From Octopus vulgaris (taxonomy: Eukaryota), in the NCBI GenBank assembly GCA_951406725.2, contig OX597820.1, forward strand, positions 57,288,001-57,352,000: DNA of 64,000 nt, written 5' to 3'. Of the stretch, positions 28,634 to 42,378 are shown piece after piece. Made by a program: the position numbers and the translations under genes. Numbering within the stretch: the first letter of the stretch is position 1; each line of letters begins with the position of its first letter. The notes below the pieces were generated by a model. That model saw only the letters and a program-made list of their open reading frames with translations, made no database searches and was not told the DNA's origin.

Positions 28634-28789
28634 GGTTGTTTGGTACCATGATGGCTATTGGAATGCTAATCGGTTTCTACAACTTCAGAGCCAATAATTT
28701 CAGCAACTTGCCTTCTCACAGACTTGAAGATGCCTTAGATGCCATGAAACAGATCGGTTCCTCCTGGCGAATATCTTTATCTGTTCTTG
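28634..28789 (+). CDS. SLC35F6: SLC35F6-like exon C (156 nt, phase 1-1)
   Basis: Acceptor ctctttttttcAG, donor CTTG|GTAAGA. Encodes (G)LFGTMMAIGMLIGFYNFRANNFSNLPSHRLEDALDAMKQIGSSWRISLSVL(G), with the characteristic GLFG and LEDALDA motifs. Confidence 0.92.
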
Positions 28790-29315
28790 GTAAGAATCTC
28801 TTTTTTTTTTTTTTTTGAATTCTTAAAATGTTTTTTTTTTTCTTTCTTTTTTGAAATCTTATTTTTACTCTAACTCATTTTCCTTCTCTCTCTCTCTCTC
28901 TCCTTACATATATAGATGTAAGAGTATAAACATATGTACATACAAATGCATACACTCATACATTAGTATATAAACACACTCATGTATGTGTAAATTTATA
29001 TACACATTTATATGCATACACCAATATAGATATGTATGCATTTATGTGTGTGTGTAGATACTGAAATAAGGATATGATTTTAAACTGTTTTAAAGCATGC
29101 TTCAAAATATCAACAAAACATTTACTAATGGAATTACTCTTTATTGGTAATAGAATCCATTTTAACGTGTGTGTGCACATTTGTGCACATGTGTGCATGT
29201 ATATGTGCACATGTGTGTGCATTTATGTGTCACATGTGTGAGCATGTATGTGTGCACATGTGTGTGTATGTGTGGGCTTGCATGTATGCATGTAGATACA
29301 TATATATATATCTAC

Positions 29316-29349
<34 letters not shown>

Positions 29350-29962
29350 CAATACATACACATACATATATATGTATACCTATGTATATATTCATACATA
29401 TTCATACGTACATATACATACACAGATATATAACTACACAGACACATGCACTCACACACACACACTCACACTCACACATATCGAATTAAATACACAACTG
29501 AAAGCTGAAAGAGCAACTAATAGTTTCATGCTATTATGATTCTTGAGCAGGCATAGTTATAAATTATGCCATGTATCTTAAAGCAATATGTGTAAATGTG
29601 AAGGTTTATGATTCAGTGGTCAGGGTATTGCACTCACAATCACCAGATCATGTGTTTGATTCCCAGACCAGGTGAGTGCGTCGTGTTCATGAGCAAATAT
29701 TATTAATGATATATATATATATATAATTAATAATATCAGGGTAATAAAAATTTTAGAAATTTTTACTACCAGTGGCCTAGTGTATAGAAAAATTAGTCAA
29801 TAGACTATATATTATTCATATAAATACAGTGTACATTTAAACACATAATAGGTATCCGTCATTGGATTCCTGGCATGCTAGAAAGAAATAGCCAAAATCC
29901 AAACCACTATTAAGGATAAACTTCGAAGGGAATGAAAAATAAAAACATTTACCATCTAACTC

Positions 29963-30030
29963 TTGGACCATGGTTTCAAACTTTTTTTAGCAAATAAAAT
30001 AATTTGCTAGGTGTAGTCTTCATCAACAGG
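29963..30030 (-). ncRNA. Hammerhead-like motif, U3 variant, inside a foldback element
   Basis: Minus strand: cctg-TTGATGA-AGAC...GTTT-GAAA-CCATGG-TC-caag. Confidence 0.6.
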
Positions 30031-30218
30031 TACACCTAGATTAAACATATAATACGAGGCAATCCAACATGTGCCCTGTGCTATACATTATAATTTTTCA
30101 AATCCACCATGCAAGCGCAGTTTTTTTTGTAAACTTCGAAGTTTATCTCTAATAGTGGTTTGGATTTTGGCTATTGCTTCTATGATGGATACCTCTTATG
30201 TGTTTAAATGTACACTGT

Positions 30219-30264
<46 letters not shown>

Positions 30265-33200
30265 AAAGTTTACGAAAAAAATAAAAGACGAAGACAGGTA
30301 GTGTACAAAACAAATAGATGAATTAGTATAACGCTCAGGAATAGAAAAAGTCTTTTACTTTTCGGCCTACGCTCTTCTACAGAAAGGTACACAGAAAAAA
30401 CAAGGAGAGAGACAAGGAGAGAAAAAATGTAAGTAGTGGCTAACATACATTTACATACACACATGCATAGATACAGAAATGTGCATATATTTGTGTGTGT
30501 TGTATCATTGACCAAATATAGTTCTTTGAAGCTGAGCAGACTCAGCTTTTGAGAACTAAATGAGTACCAGTGATCTATTTCAATACTTAAGCAGAAGCAT
30601 CAACAACAACCACAAGAGACACGACAACAGTGTACAAATGACCAGTGGTTTGTTGGCCTACAGTGGCAGGTTCAATTCCAGTTGCAAGTGTTGGGTAGTC
30701 TGTTTAGAAGATCAGTAAAACATTATGCAAGAAGAAGAAGAGGGAGGAGGAGAGGGAGGAGAAGAAGAAGAGGTGTTAGTAGTAGAGAATTAGAACAAAA
30801 TATGAAAATGAAAAATACAGATAAACGGAAAGAGAAAGAAAAGGAAGAGGAGGAGGAGGAGAAAACAAAAGAAAGGTAGGAGAAATAGGAAGAAAAAAAA
30901 CAAAAGTAAAGTAGGAGAAATAAAAAGGCAATAAACAAAATGAAGTAAAAGTGTGAGAGTAAGGAAAGAGAAAACAACAGAAAACAAAAGGAAGAAAAAT
31001 TAAAATTAATGTTATTTAGCAATTCTTTCTATTGTTCTGGAACTTTCTTTTCCTTCTTCTATCCATCTTCATTTTTTTATGCTGTCAAATTTTACTCCTG
31101 TTCTGGTATTTAGTATTTTTTCTTCTTGTTCATTTTTCTTTCTTTTTTTTTTTTACTTATCTTCTATACATTTTTTAATAAAAATAAATCTTAAGAATGG
31201 TTAGAAAGTAAGAACATTTTTCTTTTCCTTAACAACTCTTACCTCAAGACATGATGATAATATTTCAATTCAATGACAATGTTTTACATCCTACATATAA
31301 CATTTTTCTTACATTATTTCAAATTTAAACTTTGATTGTTGTATTGCTTCTTTTTATATTTTTGATGCTTAGTTTATCATTATTATTATTATTATTATTA
31401 TTATAATCATCATTATTATTATTGTTGCTGCTGTTGTTGTTGTTGTTGTTGCTGTTTATTATGAGAGGATGGCTTTATCATGTCCTGAGAGAAAGTTGAA
31501 TTTGCTGCAGTTTACTTGATGGACACTACATTGTTTTTTTTTTTACTCTTTAAAGCAGAATGTTTGAATGTTTTCCCCCTTGTTACTCACTGGAGGAAAA
31601 AAATTAAGACTTGTCTTTGGACACTTTTATATATTTTATATAGTATATTGATACTTTTGTTTGCTCATAATTTAATGAGGCTTCTATTGGGAGAGCTGGA
31701 AGAAGAAATTCTCATCGTAAAACATAATAACAATGAAAATGCCCCCAAAGAAAATCTTGAGAACAAAAACGCAGTTTGGAAAAAGAAGAAAAAAGAAATT
31801 AATGAAGGGCAATGACAGTTTCATAAACAGACATGTTTATAAACTTAGACATTCCTGCTTCAGTAAGCATGTGTGAGGAAAATGTAAAATTTGAAACAAA
31901 AATAAATAAAATTTATTGTTTGCAAATGTTACAAATCAAAATGAAATATTAGTTTCAAATTTCGGCACAAGGCAACCAGTTTTAGTGGGTGGGGGTGTAA
32001 GTCAATTATATCGATCTAACTGGTACTTATTTTATCGACCCCAAAAGGGTGAAAGGCAAAGTCGGCTTTGGTAGCTTTTGAACTCAGAACATAAAGTTGG
32101 AAGAGATGTAACTAAACATTTTTTTTCTGGTGCAGTAATGATTTTTGTCAGCTCGCTGCTGAAGTCAAAAAGAAATGTTGAGAATGTGTCAGCTCTCAGA
32201 AAAAATAACTAAGAAAATGTGGAGAAATATGTCCAAAAGACTGTGGCACCTTGCAAAGAAGAAAGTGACACAGCTGTTTTTTTTTTCTGAAAATAGAGAT
32301 GGGATTTCACATGTTCTTAAGGGAGCACTTCAAAGGAACCCTAGTGAATGGAATGTATGATGTGTATGCCATCAACCAGAACAGGGTGTATGGAAGCCTG
32401 GTCTTTAAAAGTGAAAACCAAGTGAAGTTATGAGTAGAGCTGGTGTCCAACACATCTGCCTATAGGCTGATGATGTGGTAATTGGGGGGAAACACAACTC
32501 AGTGTCTATAATCTGAGTCATTGGCTTGTTGTTTTTGCTAAAGGCAGTGAATGCAGAGATGACATGCACAGTGACATGTTGTCATGTAGCATCTGCTTGG
32601 ATATAATCACACAAAAACCTCAAGGCTATCTTGGAATTCTATTCTTCTGTGGGGGCATAAGCTCTTGCAGTCAGACCAGGGGTGTTGAGCAGAAAGCCTA
32701 GATACTAGACATGTGGGAGAAAGAGCCACTTAAGGATATTTTGCCCACAAGGGTTGGAAAAGTAGAAACAATACAATAAGTTCCCAAAACAGTTGTTTAC
32801 AGAGCTAGTAAAAAAAAAATCACTTCATTCTCAGAGCACTTAACTGTATAGGTGATTTATCAGGCTTAAATGACCAGAGATATATAACATCATAGTCACT
32901 TCAATTTTGTAAACCAAAAATTCCTGGAATGAAATTCTACTGGTAAGCTTTCAAGCAAGGTAGGGTTATTCATGTTACATTGGTTCTAGCCTTGTCCATA
33001 GCAATTTTCAAAGTTGATAGCTATTTGACAAATGGGGAATTCCATGTTTGCAACAGGAATTTTCTATGATGTGGGCATGACTGAACACCTCTTTTATGGA
33101 GTTTAAAAAAGTCCATGGATCAAGTGAGTTTTTAGAATCCTTTCTCTCTCAGCCAAGTGAAGCTTACATCCTTTGCTCCTGTTGAAGTATGGTTCCAGTT

Positions 33201-34869
33201 GTTCTAGGAGCTTCCATTTAATTATGTATAGCATACTCTCCTCTTTTAGATGTCATATGACACAAATGTATATATGTATGTATATGCATAAATGCATGTG
33301 TCTATAAGCACACAAATGTTTACATTTCCCTATAACTTTGCAAATGCATTACATCTGAATTTATGTATTCGCAAAAATCATTAGAGCATTGGACAAAATG
33401 TCTTTGTGATATTCGTTCCAATTCCTTATGTTCAAATCCCGTGTTCAAATCCTGCCAATATCAACTTTGCTTTTAATCCTTTCTGGGTCAATAAAATAAA
33501 GAACCAGTCGAGCATCTGGTTTCAGAAGCAAATTTTCATCAAATCACATCATAATTTTGGTGATATTGAAGTTGTTATTTAACTCCGTCATCCTAAATCA
33601 AGCAGATCTATATTCAAAGGCATTCCAGCCATGATCATCCCAATGGATGTTTTTCTGACATAGTGCACCTAGAACTACATTAAGTCGATGGATTTTCAAA
33701 AAATTTTACTTTTAAAAGTAAGCTGCTATTTCTAGCTGGTCAAGCAACTACATAGAGCCTTTGATGGCTTTATGGCTCTGGTGGTGGTAGTGGGCATAGT
33801 AATGGTTAGGTGAGGTAGTGGTAATGTAGATGGTAGCAATAGTTGTACCAGTGGTGAATGGGGACTTTAATGGTGGTGGTGGCACTGGTAATGGTGGGGA
33901 TCACAATGTCAGTGGTCAGGATGATGGTGGTATTGAACTTGGTTAAAGTGGTGGTGGCGGCAGCAGTGGTGGTGGTGGCAGCGGCAGTGGTGGTCATGGT
34001 GGTGGTGGGCAGAGGGTACAACTCATATTTATTTTAGATGTCTTAGTGTGAGACTCCTGTTTTATCATGTGTTTCATTGGTAAGTTAGATTCGCCAAACA
34101 AAAAAAAAAAAGAAAACTTGAGATCAAAGTCATAATTATATTGTTTGTTTGATGATTGTAATAATTTATTCAAATTTGTGCATTTTGCATAGCTTGGACA
34201 AACATCTTATTCTTAATTAGAATGTGCAATTTACAAGAATGATTACAAAAAAATCTATTTAAGATATTAGCTTGTCAGCCATTCATTAAGTTAAACCAGG
34301 TGTAAATTTCCTCACCATTTAATTTGATAAATGAACTGAGAATTTCATAAACAGTCATAGAATAAGTAATAATTTCTTAATCACTCTGCTGTCTGTGGTA
34401 AAAATATTTTTGGTGTTATCGTACTTGTTCTGGTTGTTGTCATTGATTTTTGTTGTTGTTTTCTTTATTGATTAGCCTTGATCAGGCTAGTTTTGTTTGA
34501 GCTGACTTAAAGCTCAGATGTTAGCCAATTGAATGCATAACAGTCAGAGCATTCATCATTCAACCGTGATGTCTTTTAGACTGGTCCAAGATCACACTGC
34601 GTATTCCCTTCTGCTGTATTGGAATTTCTGCTCTAGCCTTTTCATATACGATCAAAGATCTTAGCAAGGTATCTTAAGAAAAAGTCAGAGTGGAATAAAA
34701 TGATTTCAAGTCATTTAAATTGGGACTTCTCAAACAAAATGGATTCCACTCCCGATGGGGTTTCAGGGAGGGAGCTAGCATGATTTAATAAAATGCAGTG
34801 TTCTGTAGATTATGTACTTCCATAGAACTGTAGTTTGTTTTATTTATTCTATAACATTTAACATGGCTT

Positions 34870-35625
34870 ATCATCATCATCATCATTTAATGTCCGCTTT
34901 TCATGCTAGCATGGGTTGGATGATTTGACTGAGGACTGGCAGACCTGATGGCTGTGCCAGGCTTCAATCTGATCTGGCAGAGTTTCTACAGCTGGATGCC
35001 CTTCATAATGCCAACCACTCCAAGAGTGTAGTGGGTGCTTGAGGGCATGTCTAGCAGTACTGGCAATGACCATGCTCGAAATGGTGTTTTTACGTGCCAC
35101 CTGCACAGGAGTCAGTCTAGTGGCTCTGGCAATGACCTCGCTCGAATGCTTTGTTCACGTGCCAGTAAGGTGATGCTGGTAATGATCATGCTCAAATGGT
35201 ACTTTTTACTTGCTCACCGACACAGAAGCCAGACAGCTGCTCTGGCAGTGATCCCACTTGGATGGAGCTGTTAGCGCTCCACTAGCACAGGTGCCAGTCA
35301 CCGAATTTGGTTCAATTTCGGTTTCATTTGCCCTAACAGGTCTTCGCAAGCAGAGTTTAGTGTCCAATGAAGGGAGGTTGGTATGGGTGCCAGACGTCAA
35401 ATTTGGTTTGATTTTGAACCCAGGTTTTCCTGGATCTACCTCTTCCACAGGTTCCCTCAACCACTAGGGTGTGGCACTTTTTCACACAGCTATCTTCATC
35501 CATTCTTGCCACATGACCATACCAGCGCAATCGTCTCTCTTGCACACCACAACTGATGCTTCTTAGGTCCAACTTTTCTCTCAAGGTACTTACACTCTGT
35601 CGAGTACATACACTGATATTACACT
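34870..35625 (-). mobile_element. RTE LINE 3' end with 3' UTR and (GAT)n tail
   Basis: RRLRWYGHVARM...GRGRSRKTW, then the GTTGGCATTA-GAAGGGCATCCAGC UTR block and an (ATC)n tail on the + strand. Confidence 0.85.
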
Positions 35626-35849
35626 TATATTTATAAAATTTCACAGATTAATTTAATAAAAGATTACTATTTCACTTTTTGAGCTGTGGAGATATCCCAT
35701 TCATAGTTTTCTTTGACTTGTTCTTGTTTTCTGTTTACTGAATTTTGAACCATCATGCATGTCAGAAACAGAATAGATATTGATTCAGATGTTTAATATG
35801 GATTCGTACTTATCATCATAGAAGATGAAGAAAAGCCTTAAAATGCATT

Positions 35850-37805
35850 TTGTAATGAGCTTTGTCAAATAATTCTATGAAACCAACAAAGTTAAAGAAA
35901 AATTTACAGAATCTTCATCATCAACAGAAAGACAGGGACAAGTTTTTTTTTCAGTTTTATGTGAATGCTTTTAGAAAGACATTGTTAGATTCACCTAGGT
36001 TATTTCAAGAAAGTAATGGAAAGATTATTGAAGGTTTTTGTATCATTACACTGGAGATGGCAAAAAAAACAAACAAAAAAAAAACATGAAAAGTAGAAAA
36101 ACAAAAAGAAACAACTGGAAAAACTTTGGTCAAGCCTTTTGTTTTCAAAATAGCTGAAATTGTAATGGAAAATAGATTGAAAGTAAAAGCTACAGCAGTT
36201 TCACTCTCCAAGCCATACTGTTCAAAGAAGAATCAAAGCCATGACTATTGATATTTAGAAACAATTTGTACAGGAGATCAACATAGCAACATTTGACTTA
36301 TTTGCAATTCAACTTGAATTCGCTTGTATAGCTTCATGTTTCCCAGGTTAGTGATTGTAAGATAGGTTCACTCAGGGTTATTTAAAGAGGGGCTGTTCTT
36401 TTGCTTACTTCTTGAAAGAGCTACCAAAGACCTCAGATATTTTGGAAAAGAGTTTTATCTTAAATTTGACCTGAATATTATTTATGGGATAATGTCCGTG
36501 GGTGTATCACAGATGGAACATCAACGATAATTGCAACAAAACCTACATTTGAACTCCCAAAGTGAAAGTCAATCATTTGTATGTTCCCTCATCAAGAACT
36601 GGCCTCAAAAATTCTTCCAGTTCCATCACAGAAGGTTTTAGATTAAACATTTCAGAATTTCAATGAAGAGGGAGTCCTCAACTTCTCAACCACTTATTTT
36701 TTTACATAGTCAACAACTGCTTGAGTTTTACACAAAAAGTTCAAAGATTTTAAAATGGAGATGTAACTAAAAAAAAGTCTTTGAGCTTTGAAATGAACTT
36801 GTTGTTTTTAAATTCTTCATAAGATGGAATTGTTTTCTTGGTTGAATGATGAGGAATAGATCATTCACCTTGCCTATTTGATTGATATTCTTAATCAATT
36901 GAATATTCAGAATCTTCCAATGCTAGGAAGGAATATAAGCATAAAATTCATAGATTCATGGCTGTGTAGTAAGAAGCTTGCTTCCCAACCACATGGTTCT
37001 GGGTTCAATTCCACTGCTTGGCACTTTAAACAAGTGTCTTCTACTATAGCTCAGGCCAACCAAAACCTTGTGGATTTGGTAGATGGTAACTGAAAGAAGC
37101 CCATTGTATATATGTGTGTGTGTGTGTGTGTGTGTGCGTGAGCTTGTCCCCCCACTATCACTTGATAACTGATGTTGGTGAGTTTACTTCCCTGTAACTT
37201 AGCAGTTTGGCAAAAGAAACATAGAATATGTACTAGGCTTACAAGGAATAAGTCCTGGTATTGATTTCTTTAACTAAAGGTGGTGCTCCAGCATGGCTGC
37301 AGTCAAATGACTGAAACAAGCAAAGGAATCAAAGAATAAAATATCAAAAATATTGCTATGTTTGAGAAACTCTCCCCAAATCTTGTGGTTGATACCGAAC
37401 TCCAAGAGCTTTGAGAATTTACAGAAGATAAAATTTTGCAGCAATTGACAGACTACAAAATGAATCCAGACAATATTTTCCTGAATTCAATGATGAAGAG
37501 ATGGATTTAATGTAAAATCCATTTAAATTGTCAGTTGAAAGACTGCAAAGATGAATTTCCAGACCAGAAGGATTAGCCAGGAGCAAGAAATAAGTCTAAT
37601 GAAATACCAGTTACAGAATTTTAGCCTATGATGTATCATTCTTATTCAAAAGTTTCAGAAAGTGCTATAGATATACATTGATTCTAAATGTATCAACATA
37701 TGCTTGTGAGACAAGTTTTTCAACTCTGCTGCAAATGAAAATAAAGACATGAAATAAATAAGAAGTAAAAAATTATCTGCATTGTTCCCTTTCAAGTACC
37801 CCTCT
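35850..37805 (+). mobile_element. Degenerate hAT (Buster/Charlie, ZBED5/SCAND3-like) transposase, interrupted by a SINE at about 36955-37335
   Basis: Collinear fragments LSNNSMKPTKLKKNL, TLVKPFVFKIAEIVM, FAIQL, LAYLIDILNQLN and a decayed C-terminal dimerisation region; many stops and frameshifts. Confidence 0.8.
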
Positions 37806-40266
37806 TCATGTGAAGGTGCATGGCTCAGTGGTTAGAGTGTTGAGCTTACGATCGTAAGGTTGTGAGTTCGATTCCCGGACCGGGCTGCGTGTTGTGTTCT
37901 TGAGCAAGATACTTTATTTTACGTTGCTCCAGTTAACTCAGCAGTAGAAATGAGTTGCGACAGCACTAGTGCCAAGCTGTATTGGCCTTTGCCTTTCCCT
38001 TGGATAACACTGGTGGCGTGGAGAGGGGAGGCTGGTATGCATGGATGACTGCTGGCCTTCCATAAACAACCTTGCCCGGACTTGTACCTTGGAGGGTAAC
38101 TTTCTAGGTGCAATCCCATGGTCATTCATGACCAAATCGGGTCTCCCCACACCTCTTTATATCATAGAATTGAGAATAAAAGAAGGAAAAAAACTATAAA
38201 TATATGACCCCAACCATAAAAAAAGCAAACAAAATGTCACAGGTTCCTCATTGACTGTAATTTTCATTTGTTTAAAATAATTACAATACACTGGCATTCT
38301 ACATCTTTTTTAATTGAAGTATGCTTCATTAACTTTAGTCTGTGAAGTAATTAGTTATGAATATAAAAAAAAAACCTACTTTTGCTCAAATTATAAAATT
38401 TATTCACATTTTCTATTGCGAATCAATTTGTAACACTCCATTCTAAAAAAAGAATCTAAATAATTTCATTCATTTGATCATTTATCTTCTGGTTTTCCAT
38501 GTGAGCATGGGTTTGATAGGGACTTACTTGGGACAGGATTTTTCAGTTGGATGCTCTTCCTATCACCAGCCCTTACCTGTTTTCGGTTGTATCAATGTAA
38601 CTTGGTACTATTCAACCAGCCCACAGGATGACGCACTAAATAGGACAACCTATCTATCTTTCTTTCTATCTATCTATCTATCTATCTGTCTGTTTGTCTG
38701 AATGTCTGTCTAGCTATCTGTCTGTCTGTCTAGCTATCTATCTGTCTATCTGTCTATCTGTCTATCTCTATCTTTCAATCTATTTATCTATCCATCCGTC
38801 CATCCATCCATCCATTATATGGTAGTATGCAAAAAGTACCATTTCAGTGTTGGGCCTCATGGAGGCATTGTGGCCAATGCTGGTGTGGTAAGTAAAAGCA
38901 GCCATTACACTCTGAGTGTTGGCATTAAGAAGGGCATCCAGCCATAGAAACCATGCCAAATCAGACTGGTATCTGGTGCAGCCCCTCAGCTTGCCAGCCC
39001 TGGTCAAGCAGTCCTACCCATGCCACACATGGACAATGGACATTAAATGATGATGATGATGCTATATATATAGATATATATATCTTAAACTAACTTATAG
39101 TTAATTATACTCACATACTTTCAGTTGACCTCCATCCTCTTGGTGTCATTTCAAATTGTAGCATTATCCACTGTTATTATACCAAATGTATATATATATA
39201 TATATATATTAATAAATGAAATAAAACATATGCATATATATAAACATATATGTACGTACCTACCTCTACATGTACATATACACGCATATATGAGTACAGG
39301 ACACCAAAGGGACGTCGAACACAAAGAGAAACGAAAACATAAACACAAACCAAAGGAACTGGACATTTTTTTAAAAACAACAAAAAATGGAGTACAGGAC
39401 AATTAACACAACGAAAAAACCCCTTCTTCAGTCGCTATGGTTTCATCTACTCTACGTTTCCCTTCATCAGCTGCCCCTGTTTCGACTCAATGCGTGTTTC
39501 GAAGATAAGGGCAGAACACGTTTTTTCGTTGTTAAAAAAGTCCGTTTCCTTGTTTGATTTTATGTTTTCGTTTCTCGTTGTGTTCTACGTTTATTTGTGG
39601 TGTCCTGTACTCATATATGCATGTATATATACATATAGATGTAGGTATGTACATATATGTATGTATGTATGCATATGTTTTATTTATTAAATTGTTATTA
39701 TATGATTGAACGCTCGCGTCGTTTTCTTTTTTTTCTTCTCCAGTAAGTTTTATTACATATATATATATATACATACACATACACATACACACATATTTTC
39801 AGAAACTAAATTCCTTCACAATCTCAGAATATAAAAGAAGATGCTTTCTCAAGTTATATTCAGTGGGGCTGAACCTGGATCTCACGATTGCAAAACAAAC
39901 TGTTTAACCACACAGCTATGTTTGTGCCAATATAGAAAAAGAAAGATTTTTCAACATCATACACATATGGCCTGGAATGCACCTTTTGACTGAGATAATC
40001 TTGGGGGTAAAATGAGGGGACGATGCTCTAAAATATGGAGAGAAAATGGTGCATGAATGAAAAAATGGTTGAGTAGGAATTATTGATTTAGAATCTCTGG
40101 AGATGCTTTGGTAATTTACTATAAAATTTGAGCAGAGTTTGTTAATAAATATTGCAACTATTTCAAATCATGTGTAGGGGAATGTTTGGGGGGTTTTCCT
40201 GGATTGACAAAATGGAAGGATAGTGATGCTAGGAAAGTATGAAGCATTAGTGTTTCAAAGACAGTT

Positions 40267-40324
<58 letters not shown>

Positions 40325-40722
40325 TAGTAGTAGTAATAATATTGTTGGTGGTGGTGGTTTGCCATGGGGATGGAGTTAGTAGAGGCAGTGGTGGAAGATT
40401 GCCATGGTGGTGGTGGTGACGGTAGATTGGTAATAGAAATAGTGGTAGCAGTGGTCGCAGTAGAGTAACAGTGGTGATAGTAGTAGATGTAGCAGCAGTA
40501 GCAGCAGTAGCAGTGGTACTGGTGCTGGGTGGCAGGGAGGTAATGGTGATGGTGGTGCAGGTGGTGGTAGTTGTGATGATGGCGATGGTAGTGTAGTGGC
40601 AGTAATAGTAGTTATGGTGACAGTAGTAGTAGATGGCAGAGCAGTAGTAGTGGTGGTTGTGGTGGTGGCAGTGATGGTGGAGTGGTAGTATTAGTAGTGG
40701 TGGTGGTAGTAGTTTTAGAGCA

Positions 40723-40782
<60 letters not shown>

Positions 40783-40999
40783 ACCGCGAGCAGAAGTGTT
40801 ACTCTCTTTTACTTGTTTCAGTCATGTAACGGTAGCCATGCTAGAGCACCGCCTTTAGTCAAGCAAATCGACCCCAGGAGTTCAGTCCCACTGCATGGCA
40901 CCTTGAGCAAGTGTCTTCTACTGTAGCCTCGGGGCGACCAAAGCCTTGTGAGTGGATTTGGTCGATGGTCGTATATATGTATATGTATTTATATATATC

Positions 41000-41640
41000 A
41001 TCATCATTGTTTGACCGTGGTTGAGACAATGGAATTTACTATGCTACACCAGACTTCACGGTCCATCATAGCATTATGGAGGTCCTGTTGCTGGATGCCT
41101 GTATCCCTGGAGATTACATCATGGTAGGAGAGTGCGAGCTTTCTGGTATCACGAGTAGATGGCTTCCAGAGGAGAAGAGGAGAAATTACCTCGTTTTCAG
41201 CTCTACAACAATGTCCATCAAACTGGACTCTCCTACCTTTCACAAGAAATGATACAGGTGGTAGTTTTCCTTATATTTGTATTTTCCATGAGAGATTTTG
41301 AGCTCTCATAAGGAGGCGAGTGTAAGTTCCATCCAACCACCTCTCAAGCTTCTTTGATAACGTCTAGGTGTCTGAGCCAAATAGTAGAATTTGTTCGACT
41401 GTGGATTCGAAGATTTAAAGTTTGAAGTCTCTACTTAGATTTGATGACCAGAACTTATGCATATCATTACAGGCTGACCTGGCCATACCCTTTGTAGTTA
41501 AAAAATCTTCTCCAGATGATGATATGTATGACCCAAGATATTTGTAATCAGAAACCATATTTAAGGTCGTATTGTTGAGAGTATGGATGATGAAATCACT
41601 GTTGGACAGGCATTTGTTTACATATTCAGTCTTGGTCTCA
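41000..41640 (-). mobile_element. Second RTE-group LINE 3' fragment
   Basis: DYKYLGSYI...LDGTYTRLLMRAQN...AMMDREVW, ending at a (GAT)-type tail. Confidence 0.75.
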
Positions 41641-41654
41641 GACCAAGACTGAGA

Positions 41655-41708
<54 letters not shown>

Positions 41709-41894
41709 TTGTGTGTCCCCACAACATTAACAAATCATGCTTTTATTACTGTTATTATTATTTAGTTCAAAGCCATACTAGACTGGCCAAGCTTATGACC
41801 ATAGTTGTTTAAACTTTGACCACTACATCTTTTTATAGACACTATGCATTCAGAACAACATGATCCAATGTGTCTTTTTTAAATTTTTTATCCT

Positions 41895-42220
41895 TTTAAG
41901 ACAGCAGAGTGTGATTTTAGGGAGATTTAGCAACTGTTTCTAGCAAGTGGAGTGACTGCATAGAGGCATAAGGGCTCCTTCATTAGCTTGATAACACTAT
42001 CTTTTCCCTTCTGAGACAGCAGAGTATAATTTAAGGGAGATTTGGCTACTATTTCTAGCAAGTGGAGAGACTGCATAGAGGCATAGGGGCTGCTACATTA
42101 GCTCAGTAACAGTATCTTTTTTTCCCTTTCGTGTCAGCAGGGTGTGAGTTGAGTGAGATTTGGCTACTATTTCTAGCAAGTTGAGGAACATAATAGAAGC
42201 TCCTTCATCAGCTTGCTAAC
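41895..42220. repeat. Three diverged tandem copies of a unit of about 115 bp
   Basis: CAGCAG-GT-T-A...GAGATTT-GC-ACT-TTTCTAGCAAGT recurs at about 41900, 42015 and 42133. Confidence 0.75.
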
Positions 42221-42306
42221 AGTATATCACTCATTAACACTAGTAAATCAACAACGCATGGTTTTGAAAGCTTATAAAAGTAGTAACAGCAGCAATAGCA
42301 GCAGTG

Positions 42307-42378
<72 letters not shown>

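Noticed and set aside
32230-33240. Non-repetitive, moderately GC-rich intronic stretch as an exon or nested gene
   Set aside because: No sustained ORF or recognisable motif; probably an old decayed LINE.
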